Shown in pieces: positions 28,903-38,311 of a DNA stretch of 64,000 bases. The position numbers were made by a program, and so were the translations under genes. Below the pieces are notes generated by a model that had not been told where the DNA came from, did no database searches, and saw nothing but the letters and a program-made list of their open reading frames with translations. Numbering within the stretch: position 1 is the first letter of the stretch; each line of letters begins with the position of its first letter. The stretch is from assembly GCA_044229845.1 (NCBI GenBank), contig JBGASG010000004.1, positions 1 to 64,000 of the forward strand, read 5' to 3'. This stretch comes from Candidatus Obscuribacteraceae bacterium (GTDB lineage: Bacteria; Cyanobacteriota; Vampirovibrionia; Obscuribacterales; Obscuribacteraceae).

Positions 28903-29361
28903 TCAAACCGACTGCAATTCCTGCGCTTTTTTTATCTCTTCTTGCGTAATTAAGAAGTGGCGAATCCAGTTTTGATCGGTGTCGTCGTCGAGGCAGTTGT
29001 CCGATTGGGCACTCTGCCACTTTTTCTCTGCACTAAGCAACGAATCGACGATCTCCTCCAAGAGGGCAATCTCCAGCGCAGCATGGGCATGCTCGCGGAC
29101 ACTAACCGCGTACGGGTCACTGAGCTGCTGATGCTGCAGTGAATCAGTCCAAAAACGCAGAGCCCACTGTTCACTGTTATGCTCGCGGGTCAGCCGCGCC
29201 CGGTTTTTGTGGAAGGCCGATAACAGATCGTCGCAACGCACGCAATTACAATTGCGTGCTCGCTCCAAACGCATGTTGATAAGGCGCGGAAGCATTTTGC
29301 CGTTTAAAGGTCTTTGATTTTCCCCATTCTGGAGGTTCTCGGTATTCGAATTGGAAGACAT
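28903..29361 (-). CDS. Hypothetical protein with CxCxxC motif
   Basis: GAGGAG RBS before ATG 29361; CNCVRC. Confidence 0.6.
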   Translation of the reverse strand: MSSNSNTENLQNGENQRPLNGKMLPRLINMRLERARNCNCVRCDDLLSAFHKNRARLTREHNSEQWALRFWTDSLQHQQLSDPYAVSVREHAHAALEIALLEEIVDSLLSAEKKWQSAQSDNCLDDDTDQNWIRHFLITQEEIKKAQELQSV

Positions 29362-29525
29362 ATTCTTTCTCCTCAAACGCGTAAACCATGCCCACAACGA
29401 GCAGGTCGGGTCTCACACTGCCATCATGAGCGGAGCGACGGCCGAGAGCTTCAACCGAGATAGGTATCAAAACTGTTGTTCGAGGACTAATCTCAGCTGT
29501 ATGGGATTAATCTCTGAAGTGAGAC

Positions 29526-30701
29526 TCAGCGCAATGCTTTCAATGACTCGCGCGCCGCACGGGCCAGCTCTTTCGCCTCGTCGGGATACTTAGCAAGCGC
29601 GGTAATATGGCCCATCTTCCGCCCGGGGCGCGCATCGCGCTTGCCATAAAGATGTAGATGCACGCCAGAAGTGAGTGCTCGCGACCAGTCAGGGAGCCCA
29701 TCGTCCCAGACGTCGCCGAGTAAATTCGCCATGCAAGCGGCCCCTTCCACGTGCGTCTTGCCTAAAGGCAGCCCGGTGATCGCGCGCAGGTGCTGCTCGA
29801 ACTGGCTGACACTGCAGGCTTCGATGCTGTAATGCCCTGAGTTGTGCGGACGCGGTGCGACCTCATTGACCAGCAGCCGCTCGTCTTCAGCGAGGAAAAA
29901 CTCGACGCAAAGCAGTCCCACTACGTCGAGTTTTTCCATCAGACTGCGGGTGATTTTGATCGCTTCTTCTTCCAGAGACCAGGACAGTTTGGCCGGAACA
30001 GTGGAAAGATCGAGAATATGGTTCTTGTGCTGATTCTCTACCGGGCCGAAAGCTTTGAATTCGCCGGATATTGAACGAGCGCCGATTACAGAGATCTCGC
30101 GCTCGAAAGGAATAAATTCTTCGACAATCAATTCGCTGGCATTGAGGCTTTTCCACGCTTCGGGAGCGGCTTCCGGAGCGCGCACCACGCGCTGTCCCTT
30201 GCCGTCATAACCAAAACCAGTGGTCTTCAACACAGCCGGAACGCCGAGGGTATCGATAGCTTCCTCCAGCTGGCTTTCCTCCTTGACGACGATGAATGGT
30301 GCGACTTTGAAGCCGTTGTCTTTGAGAAACGTTTTCTCGCGCAATCTATTTTGCGCGATGTGCAGAACCTGCGGGCGCGGTCGAACCGGCTTCAGTTGCG
30401 CCAATAAATTGGCGGTCTCAACCGGGATGTTCTCGAATTCGATCGTCACCACATCCACTTTGGCGGCAAAACGCTTGAGCGCTTCCTGGTCTTCGTATTG
30501 GGCACAGATGGTCTCGCCGGTAACCTGGCTGAGCGGCGAGTTTTCTTCAGGCGTAAAGCCGATGACGCGATACCCCAGTTGTGCCGCGGACAGCGCAAAC
30601 ATGCGCCCCAGCTGCCCACCACCCAGCATGCCGATGGTGGCACCCGGGTAGATAATGCCGCCGCCCTGCAAAACCGTAACCTCGTTGCTCTCAGCGCTCA
30701 T
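29526..30701 (-). CDS. purK: N5-carboxyaminoimidazole ribonucleotide synthase
   Basis: GGGQLGRM, TIEFEN, GYDGKGQ, NEVAPRPHNSGH, YGK..RPGRKMGH. Confidence 0.96.
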   Translation of the reverse strand: MSAESNEVTVLQGGGIIYPGATIGMLGGGQLGRMFALSAAQLGYRVIGFTPEENSPLSQVTGETICAQYEDQEALKRFAAKVDVVTIEFENIPVETANLLAQLKPVRPRPQVLHIAQNRLREKTFLKDNGFKVAPFIVVKEESQLEEAIDTLGVPAVLKTTGFGYDGKGQRVVRAPEAAPEAWKSLNASELIVEEFIPFEREISVIGARSISGEFKAFGPVENQHKNHILDLSTVPAKLSWSLEEEAIKITRSLMEKLDVVGLLCVEFFLAEDERLLVNEVAPRPHNSGHYSIEACSVSQFEQHLRAITGLPLGKTHVEGAACMANLLGDVWDDGLPDWSRALTSGVHLHLYGKRDARPGRKMGHITALAKYPDEAKELARAARESLKALR

Positions 30702-31189
30702 CAATCGAGCACCTCGGCTTCCACGCGCGCAGCCGCCAGCGCCCGGTGTTCGCGCAGCGTTTCTCGCAGATCAGGATCGGCAAGTCCAAGAATTGACGCC
30801 GCCAGAAGAGCCGCGTTGATCGCGCCGGCGCGACCGATTGCCAGCGTACCGGTGGGTACACCAGCCGGCATCTGCACAATTGAGAGCAGACTATCCATGC
30901 CCTTGAGCGCGTGGCTCTCCACGGGCACACCCAATACCGGCAAGATCGTGTGCGCGGCGATCATCCCCGGCAGGTGGGCGGCACCGCCGGCACCGGCGAT
31001 GATCACTTGCAAGCCCTCTGCTTCGGCGCCTTTGGCGAAAGCGGCCATCAAGTCGGGTGTGCGGTGAGCGGAGATGATTTTGCAGATGTGGGGGATGCCG
31101 AACTCGGTCAACTTATCATCGGCATGTTGCATGGTTTCCCAGTCGGACTTGCTGCCCATCACAACTGCCACCAGTGGCTTTTCGCTCAC
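30701..31189 (-). CDS. purE: N5-CAIR mutase
   Basis: [33 protein letters not shown]. Confidence 0.97.
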   Translation of the reverse strand: MSEKPLVAVVMGSKSDWETMQHADDKLTEFGIPHICKIISAHRTPDLMAAFAKGAEAEGLQVIIAGAGGAAHLPGMIAAHTILPVLGVPVESHALKGMDSLLSIVQMPAGVPTGTLAIGRAGAINAALLAASILGLADPDLRETLREHRALAAARVEAEVLD

Positions 31190-32196
31190 GCTGTTTCACC
31201 TCGCATTTGTAGTTGGTCTGACGCCGCTCGCTGCAAGCGGTCTGCAATGCCGGTCCAGGCACCGCCCGGCGGCACCCGTTCGACAACAATCAAATCGGAC
31301 TTAGTCTGATCGAGCTTGCGCAAGTTGCGGTAGAGCTGGCGGGCATACTCCGCGGAATCCGAAGAGGCGACTATCGCCGCACCGGGGGTGGTGCCAATAC
31401 CGCCGCCGGACACCGGCCGAAAACTCAGCAGCGCGACCTTTTTGCCCCCAGCAAGTTCCGTCTTCACAGTTTCATCCAGTTGATCGGAAGAAACCAGCAC
31501 CAGCTTCGTCTGCGGCGCATAGTGACTGGGCAAGCCGCCGGAAACACGCGGCGCGGGCTTGCCGCTCGGCAACGAAAGCGCTTTACCAAGCACTGCTTCG
31601 ATGTGATCGGCCAGAATCATCCCGGGCCGCAAGATTCGCACTTCAGAGGTGGTCACATCGACGATCGTGGATTCAATGCCTACATCGCACGGACCGCCGT
31701 CCAAAACCATCGCCACTTCGTCGGCGAAATCGGCAGCCACATCTTGAGCGGTAGTCGGGCTCAGTCTGCCGAACTTGTTCGCTGACGGCGCTGCCACGCC
31801 GCCACCGAACGACCGCAACAACGACAAGGCCAGCGGATGATTGGGGATGCGCAGCCCGACCGTATCCTGACCGCCCGTCACCTGATCGAGCACGTGCGGG
31901 GCGCGAGGCATTATGAGCGTCATCGGTCCCGGCCAGAATGCCTCCGCCAGCGCCTTTGCTTCGGAAGAAACGGCGGCAGCCCACTCCTTCAGCTGTTCTG
32001 CGTGATGCAAGTGGACGATGACCGGATGGTTGGTCGGTCTGCCTTTGACCTTGTACAGCCGCTCCAGCGCGGTCAGACTGGAAGCGTCAGCGCCCAGCCC
32101 ATATACCGTTTCCGTAGGAAACGCCACCAGCTGTCCTTGCCGCAAAGCTTCGACAGCTTTCTGCACTCTCTGCAAATCCAGATCAGTGTTTGACAT
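31186..32196 (-). CDS. sua5: L-threonylcarbamoyladenylate synthase, Sua5 type (YrdC + SUA5 domain)
   Basis: [25 protein letters not shown]-terminal SHYAP...DRLQRAA. Confidence 0.93.
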   Translation of the reverse strand: MSNTDLDLQRVQKAVEALRQGQLVAFPTETVYGLGADASSLTALERLYKVKGRPTNHPVIVHLHHAEQLKEWAAAVSSEAKALAEAFWPGPMTLIMPRAPHVLDQVTGGQDTVGLRIPNHPLALSLLRSFGGGVAAPSANKFGRLSPTTAQDVAADFADEVAMVLDGGPCDVGIESTIVDVTTSEVRILRPGMILADHIEAVLGKALSLPSGKPAPRVSGGLPSHYAPQTKLVLVSSDQLDETVKTELAGGKKVALLSFRPVSGGGIGTTPGAAIVASSDSAEYARQLYRNLRKLDQTKSDLIVVERVPPGGAWTGIADRLQRAASDQLQMRGETA

Positions 32197-32276
32197 GCGA
32201 ACGTGGCGGAGGTGAGAAAATACTGGGGCTATTGTGGCACGCAGGCTCTGCACCCGAGAAAAACGAAGCTGGCAAG

Positions 32277-33184
32277 TTGACCAAACTTAAATCGTACTTC
32301 GTAGCGTTGAACGTAGTGCTGGGCGCGGTTTCGTGCGCGTCAGACGGCGCACGACGCGCATGGGCAGCCGAGAACGGCGGCATCTCCGCGACGGAGCGCG
32401 CTAATTTCCAGGCTGCTGCGGAGTATTCACGGCATCACAACGGCGAAGCGACGCTGGTCCTGAGAGACGGTGATGTAGTTTTCGAGAGCTACTACAACGG
32501 CTATGACGGAAAGTCGCCGCATGACTTAGCCAAATAACAATTCGTCAGTTGTTGACTTTGACGAGCGGACTTGAACCGGCGCTAATCTTGTTGGATGGGC
32601 CGCGCGTCGGCAACAAATACAAAACAGCTCTGAACTTGCCGATGATTGCCGCACCGGGAGCCCAGTTCGACTACGGACCGGCCGGACTTTTCGTCTTCGG
32701 AGAATTACTGAAGCGCAAGCTCAATCGCGATCCCGTGCAATTTCTGCGGGCGCGAATTTTCAAACCAGCGGGAATTGATGTCGGCTGGTGGCGCAACGAT
32801 CGCGTCGGCAATCCGTCGATGCCGGCCGGGTGCGCAATGACCGCGCGCAACTGGGCGAAGTTTGGATGGCTGGTTGCCAACGACGGCAAAATCGGTGGCA
32901 GAACGGTGGTCCCGCCGCAGTTTCTTCACAAGTGCTTGTCCGGCACCAAGGCGAATCCCGCTTATGGACTGGGTTTCTGGCTTACCGCACAAGATCCGTT
33001 CGGCACTTATGCCAACCAGCCCCAGATGTTCAAACCACCGGCCGACACGATTGCGGCCGCCGGTGCCGGAAATCAGAGGCTGTTCATAATTCCCTCGCGC
33101 AAGCTCGTGATCGTCCACTTCGGAAAAGAAGACGGCTTTCGCAGCGACGCCTTTCTCTCAGTTCTGCTAACCGGAAAGAAGTGA
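32277..33184 (+). pseudogene. Serine hydrolase (beta-lactamase family) with internal deletion removing SxxK, frameshifted
   Basis: ...SPHDLA(K*) joins out of frame to SQITIRQLLTLTSGL at ~32528-32533; later PGAQFDYG, MTARNWAKFG, YGLGFW, AAAGAGNQ. Confidence 0.8.
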
Positions 33185-33393
33185 CGATCGGCTTAGAAGC
33201 TGGCACCACTCGCGGTGCCACGCACGGTCGCGTCAGCATTAGTTGCCGATCACAATTACTGCGCGAGCCGCGCGCACGGCATCACATTTGATACCACTTC
33301 CTGCCCCAAAAACCGGCCGTCAACCCCTGTTGTCAGTTGCCGAAAAACACGACAGACGGATACGTTTCATCAACCCTTGTTAATCCGATCTGA

Positions 33394-33423
33394 TTGACTT
33401 CACTTTCTGGTCCTTACTAGGGT
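33394..33423 (+). promoter_or_regulatory. Putative sigma70 promoter for the structured leader/M28 transcript
   Basis: TTGACT-N18-TAGGGT. Confidence 0.4.
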
Positions 33424-33473
33424 GAAGGGTACACCTCATGTTTCTCAACCCAAAGAAAAACCAAACCACAGAC

Positions 33474-33680
33474 ACAAAAAAACCGTACTGACCACGCCAA
33501 TCTGGCTTCTGCGTTCAGAACTCTCGAGTAAATCGAGGAGCGGTTTTTGTTGGACGTTTCGGTGGGATCGTTTCCACGCTGCAAGGCTTCGCACTTAGCG
33601 ATGTTTGCGCAGCCTTTGTGGCGCGGTCAAGGGTTCTGAAGGTTTCAACAAGAACCGTTCGGCAATCAAGCCGGACACAG
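33474..33680 (+). ncRNA. Unclassified highly structured RNA leader (multi-pseudoknot candidate)
   Basis: Complementary pairs 33489-33499/33619-33629, 33514-33524/33630-33640, 33538-33554/33644-33660 plus local hairpins; G-U pairs favour the + strand. Confidence 0.55.
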
Positions 33681-33700
33681 CTATCACAAGGAGCACGACT

Positions 33701-34831
33701 ATGTTCCAGGCATCACTTGGTGTGAGCGACGCTTTCGCGTTCGTTCTCATCGTCCTTGCCGCGATTGCTTTTGTCGCGGCATTTCGTTTCCTCCGCCGGA
33801 CCACGCCCATCAGCAAGGTCCACCAGCGGCCCCACCTGCACCTCCACCCCGCCAAGAACTGCAAGTTCGACGAGGAGGAAGTGCGGCGCACCCGTCACCT
33901 GGCTACCCCGCCCATCGACACGAGCAACCTGCCCCCGGCAGATGCCCGCATCGTTGCGGCGATGGCCCAGATCACGAAGGCTGACGTCGAGCAAATGCTC
34001 CGAGAGTTCTCGGGCGAGGTCGACACGGTCGTTCGCGGTCAGACGGTGCGCATCCGTTCCCGCAACACCTTCGGCGGCGACATCATTCACGCACACAACA
34101 AGATCTTCGACTGGTACAAGGCGCTCGGCTTCGAGGTGGAGCTGCAGTCGTACAAGTACCGGGGCAAGACCCTGTACAACGTGATCGCCAAGAAGAAGGG
34201 TTCCAAGACCCCCGACAAGTGGCTCTTGCTCGGCGCCCACACCGACTCCACCGCCGGCGACACCGGTCGTGCAGAGCCGGTCGCTCCGGGCGCTGACGAC
34301 GATGGCTCCGGCACCGTCGGGCTGCTGCTCATGGCGAAGCGCATCGCCGAGCTGGATCTGGGCGTCTCCGTGATGTTCTGCCACTTCTCCGGTGAGGAGC
34401 AGGGGCTCTGGGGCAGCGCGGTGCACGCCGACAAGGTCGCGGCTGAGAAGCTGCAGATCGTCGGTCAGTTGCAGTTCGACATGATCGGCTACTGCAACAA
34501 GCCCGGCAACCGTCTCGACATCCACGACGACGTGGATCGCAACGGTAGCCACTCTCTCGTGGTTGCAGCTGTTCGTGCCGCCAAGCGGTACGCGCTCAAC
34601 CTCAAGGTCGTGGACACCCACAACCGTGCGGTGACGGGTCGCAGCGACCACGCCAGCTACCAGAATCACGGGTACAAGGCTGTGCTCTTCTCCGAGGAGT
34701 TCTCGGACGACGGGTTCAACCCCAACTACCACTCGACCGGTGACCGCGTTGCCTCGTGCAACCTGGACTTCATGGTCGAGGTGATCAAGCTCGGCATCGC
34801 CTGCATCGCCGACCTCGGCGACCTGCGGTAA
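33701..34831 (+). CDS. M28 family metallopeptidase (aminopeptidase-like), N-terminal TM/signal
   Basis: GAHTDS, PGADDDGSG, SGEEQGLWGS, DMIG, SDH, YHSTGD; AAGGAG RBS before ATG 33701. Confidence 0.92.
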   Translation: MFQASLGVSDAFAFVLIVLAAIAFVAAFRFLRRTTPISKVHQRPHLHLHPAKNCKFDEEEVRRTRHLATPPIDTSNLPPADARIVAAMAQITKADVEQMLREFSGEVDTVVRGQTVRIRSRNTFGGDIIHAHNKIFDWYKALGFEVELQSYKYRGKTLYNVIAKKKGSKTPDKWLLLGAHTDSTAGDTGRAEPVAPGADDDGSGTVGLLLMAKRIAELDLGVSVMFCHFSGEEQGLWGSAVHADKVAAEKLQIVGQLQFDMIGYCNKPGNRLDIHDDVDRNGSHSLVVAAVRAAKRYALNLKVVDTHNRAVTGRSDHASYQNHGYKAVLFSEEFSDDGFNPNYHSTGDRVASCNLDFMVEVIKLGIACIADLGDLR

Positions 34832-34921
34832 TCCGAAGACGCAGAACCTTATCGGGCAGCAGCAGCTGTCTGCTCAGGATCTGGAAGTGCTGCCTTCTGG
34901 GCAGTCCTTCGGTAACGCATT

Positions 34922-34990
34922 GGAATTTGCAGCCAGACAACGGAGGTGGCACAACGCCGCTCCCACTCTGGCTGCATTTTCCTTTGTCTA
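34922..34990 (+). terminator. Long terminal hairpin followed by T-rich tract
   Basis: TGCAGCCAGA (34928-34937) pairs with TCTGGCTGCA (34967-34976), inner GTGGC/GCCGC stem, then TTTTCCTTT. Confidence 0.65.
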
Positions 34991-35287
34991 TGTCTACTAT
35001 TTCTTTTAGTATTTACGAGTCGGCGAAATCAGCTAACGGTTTACGTGGCATGTATGAGTTGCTGGATCCGCACATTTTGCAGCCTCGCGTGCGCAGTTTG
35101 GGCACTAGAGGCTTCGTTTTAATGTCTAAGTGAGCACGGAAAGGCTCAAAATGTGCGGATCCAGCAATTTGGTTGATGGAAAGCGTTCGAGCGGCGACGT
35201 GCGCAATGGGTATGATGCGGCTAGAAAGTGCTCCCAACGGATTTCCCCGTGCCTTCGTCCGCCGATAAACCTCCTCGCAGCACACGC

Positions 35288-37990
35288 ATGGTCTGCCCGA
35301 AATGCGGCAAGACCTACGAAGACGCGCATCAACATCCAGGGGGCGTTTGTCCCCTCGATCAGGCGCTGCTGCAGTCACTGGAAGCCGACCCGCTAGCCGG
35401 GCAACTGATTGCCGAGAAATACCAGCTGATTCATCCCATGGAAGCCGGCGGCTGGAGCGTGGTTTATCGGGCCCGCCATGTGCACCTGCAGAGAGACGTG
35501 GCAGTGAAGGTGCTGCACTGGCACCTCAGTCTCAACGAAGACAAAGTCAAACGCTTTCATCAAGAGGCTGAAGCCGCCAGCAAACTCAATCACCCCAACA
35601 TCGTCTCAATTTTCGACTACGGCACTCTCGAAACCGGGCAGCCTTACTTCGTGATGGAACTGGTGCAGGGCGAGAGCCTCAAGGACATTCTCGAACGCGA
35701 CGGACCGCTGGATGCCACCCGCGCCGCGCAGCTGTTTCGTCAAGCCGCACTGGCTCTGGCTGCCGCGCACAAGCACGGCGTCCTGCACCGCGACCTCAAA
35801 CCAAGCAACATGATGGTCACCCGGCAAGACGCAGAGCTGACGCCCTCCGCCGAGAATCTCAAACTGCTTGATTTTGGCATAGCGAAAATCATGACCGACG
35901 TCGCAGACGATGAGAAACTGACGCTCACCGGAGAAACCGTCGGCACACCGCGCTACATGAGCCCGGAACAATGTCTCGGCAAGCCGCTCGACGCGCGCTC
36001 CGACATCTATTCATTGGGTTGCGTCATGTTCGAGATGCTCTCCGGGCAGGCTTGCGTGGAGGGCGCTACAGCTTACGACTACATGCATGGACACGTGGGG
36101 ACGGAACCCCGCAGCTTTAAAGACGTGCGCGCCGACCTGGATATTCCCAAACCCCTTCAGGACGTCATCTACACCATGCTCGCCAAGCATCCGGACGACC
36201 GGCAGCCAAGCATGGAGGCAATGGCCGGCGAACTTGAGCAGGTCGTGCGCGGCGAATCAACGTTCCACTTCCGACGGCTGCGCTTCCGGCGGGAGTTGAA
36301 GACCAAAGCCAAGCAGATGGTGCTCTTTGTGCTGGTACCGGTGGTGGTCAGCGCGCTGACAGCCATCGCGCTCCGCTCTTACTTGAACCCACCAGCTGCC
36401 GCTCCCGATGAGGGCTTGCGCACAGTTAGCATCGACCCCACGAAAGACGACGGAAACAGCGTGAACACCCGGGCGGAGATGGTGACTTCAGTGAATGCGC
36501 CCGAGTTTCCGTCGGGCGATGCCTGGCTCAATGTCAAAGAGCCACTCCGCATGCAGGACCTGAAAGGCAAGGTGGTCTTGCTCGATTTCTGGACTTATTG
36601 CTGCGTCAACTGCCTGAACGCCATGCCACAGGTGAAGCGGCTCAAGCAAAAATTCGGCGACCGGCTGGTTGTAGTTGGAGTGCACTCGGCCAAGTTCGAG
36701 AACGAGAAAGAAACCAACAACATTCGCCAGGCGATAGTGCGCTGGAACATTGATTTTCCCGTGGTCAACGATGCCGACTTCAAAATCTGGAAGTCCTACG
36801 GCGTCACCGCCTGGCCGACGCTGATCGTGATTGGACCGGACGGCAAAATCGTGCACCAGAACCCCGGCGAAGGCAATTTCAACGTGCTTTCGCACATCAT
36901 CGAAGACGCCATCCAATCAGCCCCGGAAGCGGGGGATGCACCAGCAGCCAGGCTGCCGGTACCGACTCTCGAACGAGACAAACAGCCGGCTTCGCCATTG
37001 CTTTATCCAGCGAAGATCTGCGCTGATCCTGCCGGTGACCGCATATTCATCGCCGATTCCGGACACAATCGCATTGTGATTGCCCGCCCCGACGGCACAG
37101 TGCTGGAGACAGTCGGCACCGGTACCCCCGGCAAGCAGGATGGACGCTTCGAACAGGCGACTTTCAACGAACCGCAGGGACTTTGCTACAACAACGGTGT
37201 TATCTACGTTGCCGATACCCTCAGCCATGCCATTCGCACAATCGACCTTTCAACGCGCAGTGTTGCCACCATCGCCGGCACCGGCAGCCGAGCCGCCATC
37301 CTCCACAAACGAGGCGGGCAAGCTCTGAAAACACCAATCAACTTCCCGCGAGATCTGGTCATCATCGGCGACAAGCTCTACATCAGCATGGCCGGCTTCC
37401 ACCAGCTGTGGACCCTGGACCTGAAAACGCATGAGGTGGGAACATTCGCCGGCAACGGCAAGCAGAGCCTGATTGATGGTCCACCGCTGCGGGCGGAGCT
37501 GGCCCAACCGTGCGGTATCGCCACTGATGGCAAACGGCTTTACTTCGCCGACAGCGAAACGAGCGCCATACGCAGCGCCGATCCGGTTTCAGGCAATGTC
37601 ACGACCCTGGTCGGGCACGGACTCTACGACTCTGGAGATCGCGACGGTCAATTCCCCGCCAGTCGCCTGCAGCACCCGATCGGCATCGCTCCCTACAACG
37701 GGCTTCTCTACATCACCGATGCTTTCAATCACAAAATCAAAGTGCTGGATCCGCAGAAAGCGACCGCCACGACGCTTGTCGGCAGCGGCAAGGCCGGCAG
37801 AGCCGATGGTGACTTTGCCGAGTTCTTCGAACCGGGGGGACTGGTTGTTCTGCCGGACCAGGTGTTGATCGCCGACACAAACAATCACGTGATTCGCAGC
37901 GTGTCCTTGAGCACCGGCAATGTTTCTACCTTGCCACTGCAGGGATTGAAGCCGCCACAGAGCGCACCAACCAAGCCCTCACACAGCTGA
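35288..37990 (+). CDS. Ser/Thr kinase - TM - thioredoxin-like (CCVNC) - NHL beta-propeller fusion
   Basis: N-terminal CPKC..CPLD; VAVK, HRDLKPSN, DFG, SPEQ; TM ~36317-36373; KGKVVLLDFWTYCCVNC, GVHSAKF; NHL repeats IADSGHNRI, FNEPQG, ADSETSAIR, LQHPIG, ADTNNHVIR. Confidence 0.92.
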   Translation: MVCPKCGKTYEDAHQHPGGVCPLDQALLQSLEADPLAGQLIAEKYQLIHPMEAGGWSVVYRARHVHLQRDVAVKVLHWHLSLNEDKVKRFHQEAEAASKLNHPNIVSIFDYGTLETGQPYFVMELVQGESLKDILERDGPLDATRAAQLFRQAALALAAAHKHGVLHRDLKPSNMMVTRQDAELTPSAENLKLLDFGIAKIMTDVADDEKLTLTGETVGTPRYMSPEQCLGKPLDARSDIYSLGCVMFEMLSGQACVEGATAYDYMHGHVGTEPRSFKDVRADLDIPKPLQDVIYTMLAKHPDDRQPSMEAMAGELEQVVRGESTFHFRRLRFRRELKTKAKQMVLFVLVPVVVSALTAIALRSYLNPPAAAPDEGLRTVSIDPTKDDGNSVNTRAEMVTSVNAPEFPSGDAWLNVKEPLRMQDLKGKVVLLDFWTYCCVNCLNAMPQVKRLKQKFGDRLVVVGVHSAKFENEKETNNIRQAIVRWNIDFPVVNDADFKIWKSYGVTAWPTLIVIGPDGKIVHQNPGEGNFNVLSHIIEDAIQSAPEAGDAPAARLPVPTLERDKQPASPLLYPAKICADPAGDRIFIADSGHNRIVIARPDGTVLETVGTGTPGKQDGRFEQATFNEPQGLCYNNGVIYVADTLSHAIRTIDLSTRSVATIAGTGSRAAILHKRGGQALKTPINFPRDLVIIGDKLYISMAGFHQLWTLDLKTHEVGTFAGNGKQSLIDGPPLRAELAQPCGIATDGKRLYFADSETSAIRSADPVSGNVTTLVGHGLYDSGDRDGQFPASRLQHPIGIAPYNGLLYITDAFNHKIKVLDPQKATATTLVGSGKAGRADGDFAEFFEPGGLVVLPDQVLIADTNNHVIRSVSLSTGNVSTLPLQGLKPPQSAPTKPSHS

Positions 37991-38311
37991 TCGCAACAGC
38001 GCCGAGTCCAAATGCATACGACAAGAAATTTCGCTTGACAAGCCGTCATTCCTGGTGCAGGATTGTACGGCACGAACCCCGCCTTGCCATAAGAACAGCT
38101 GTGTATGCGATGCATACGGGCTGAAGCAGGCCGTGCTACCAGGAAGAAGAACTTCAGCATGTCAGTTGTTGGCGCACAGCCGGCTGAGTTTCGCCGCACC
38201 CACTAACGTGAACACACTTACCACACAGCTGCGAAACGGCGTCGCATTGCCGTTTCCGCTACATGCCTCTGCCTGCGAAACAATCGCGGTCGGCAGAGAA
38301 GGAGCAACGAA

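Noticed and set aside
33713..34732. 339-aa minus-strand ORF opposite the M28 gene
   Set aside because: Codon-register mirror of the sense gene with no recognisable motif; used only as evidence of codon bias
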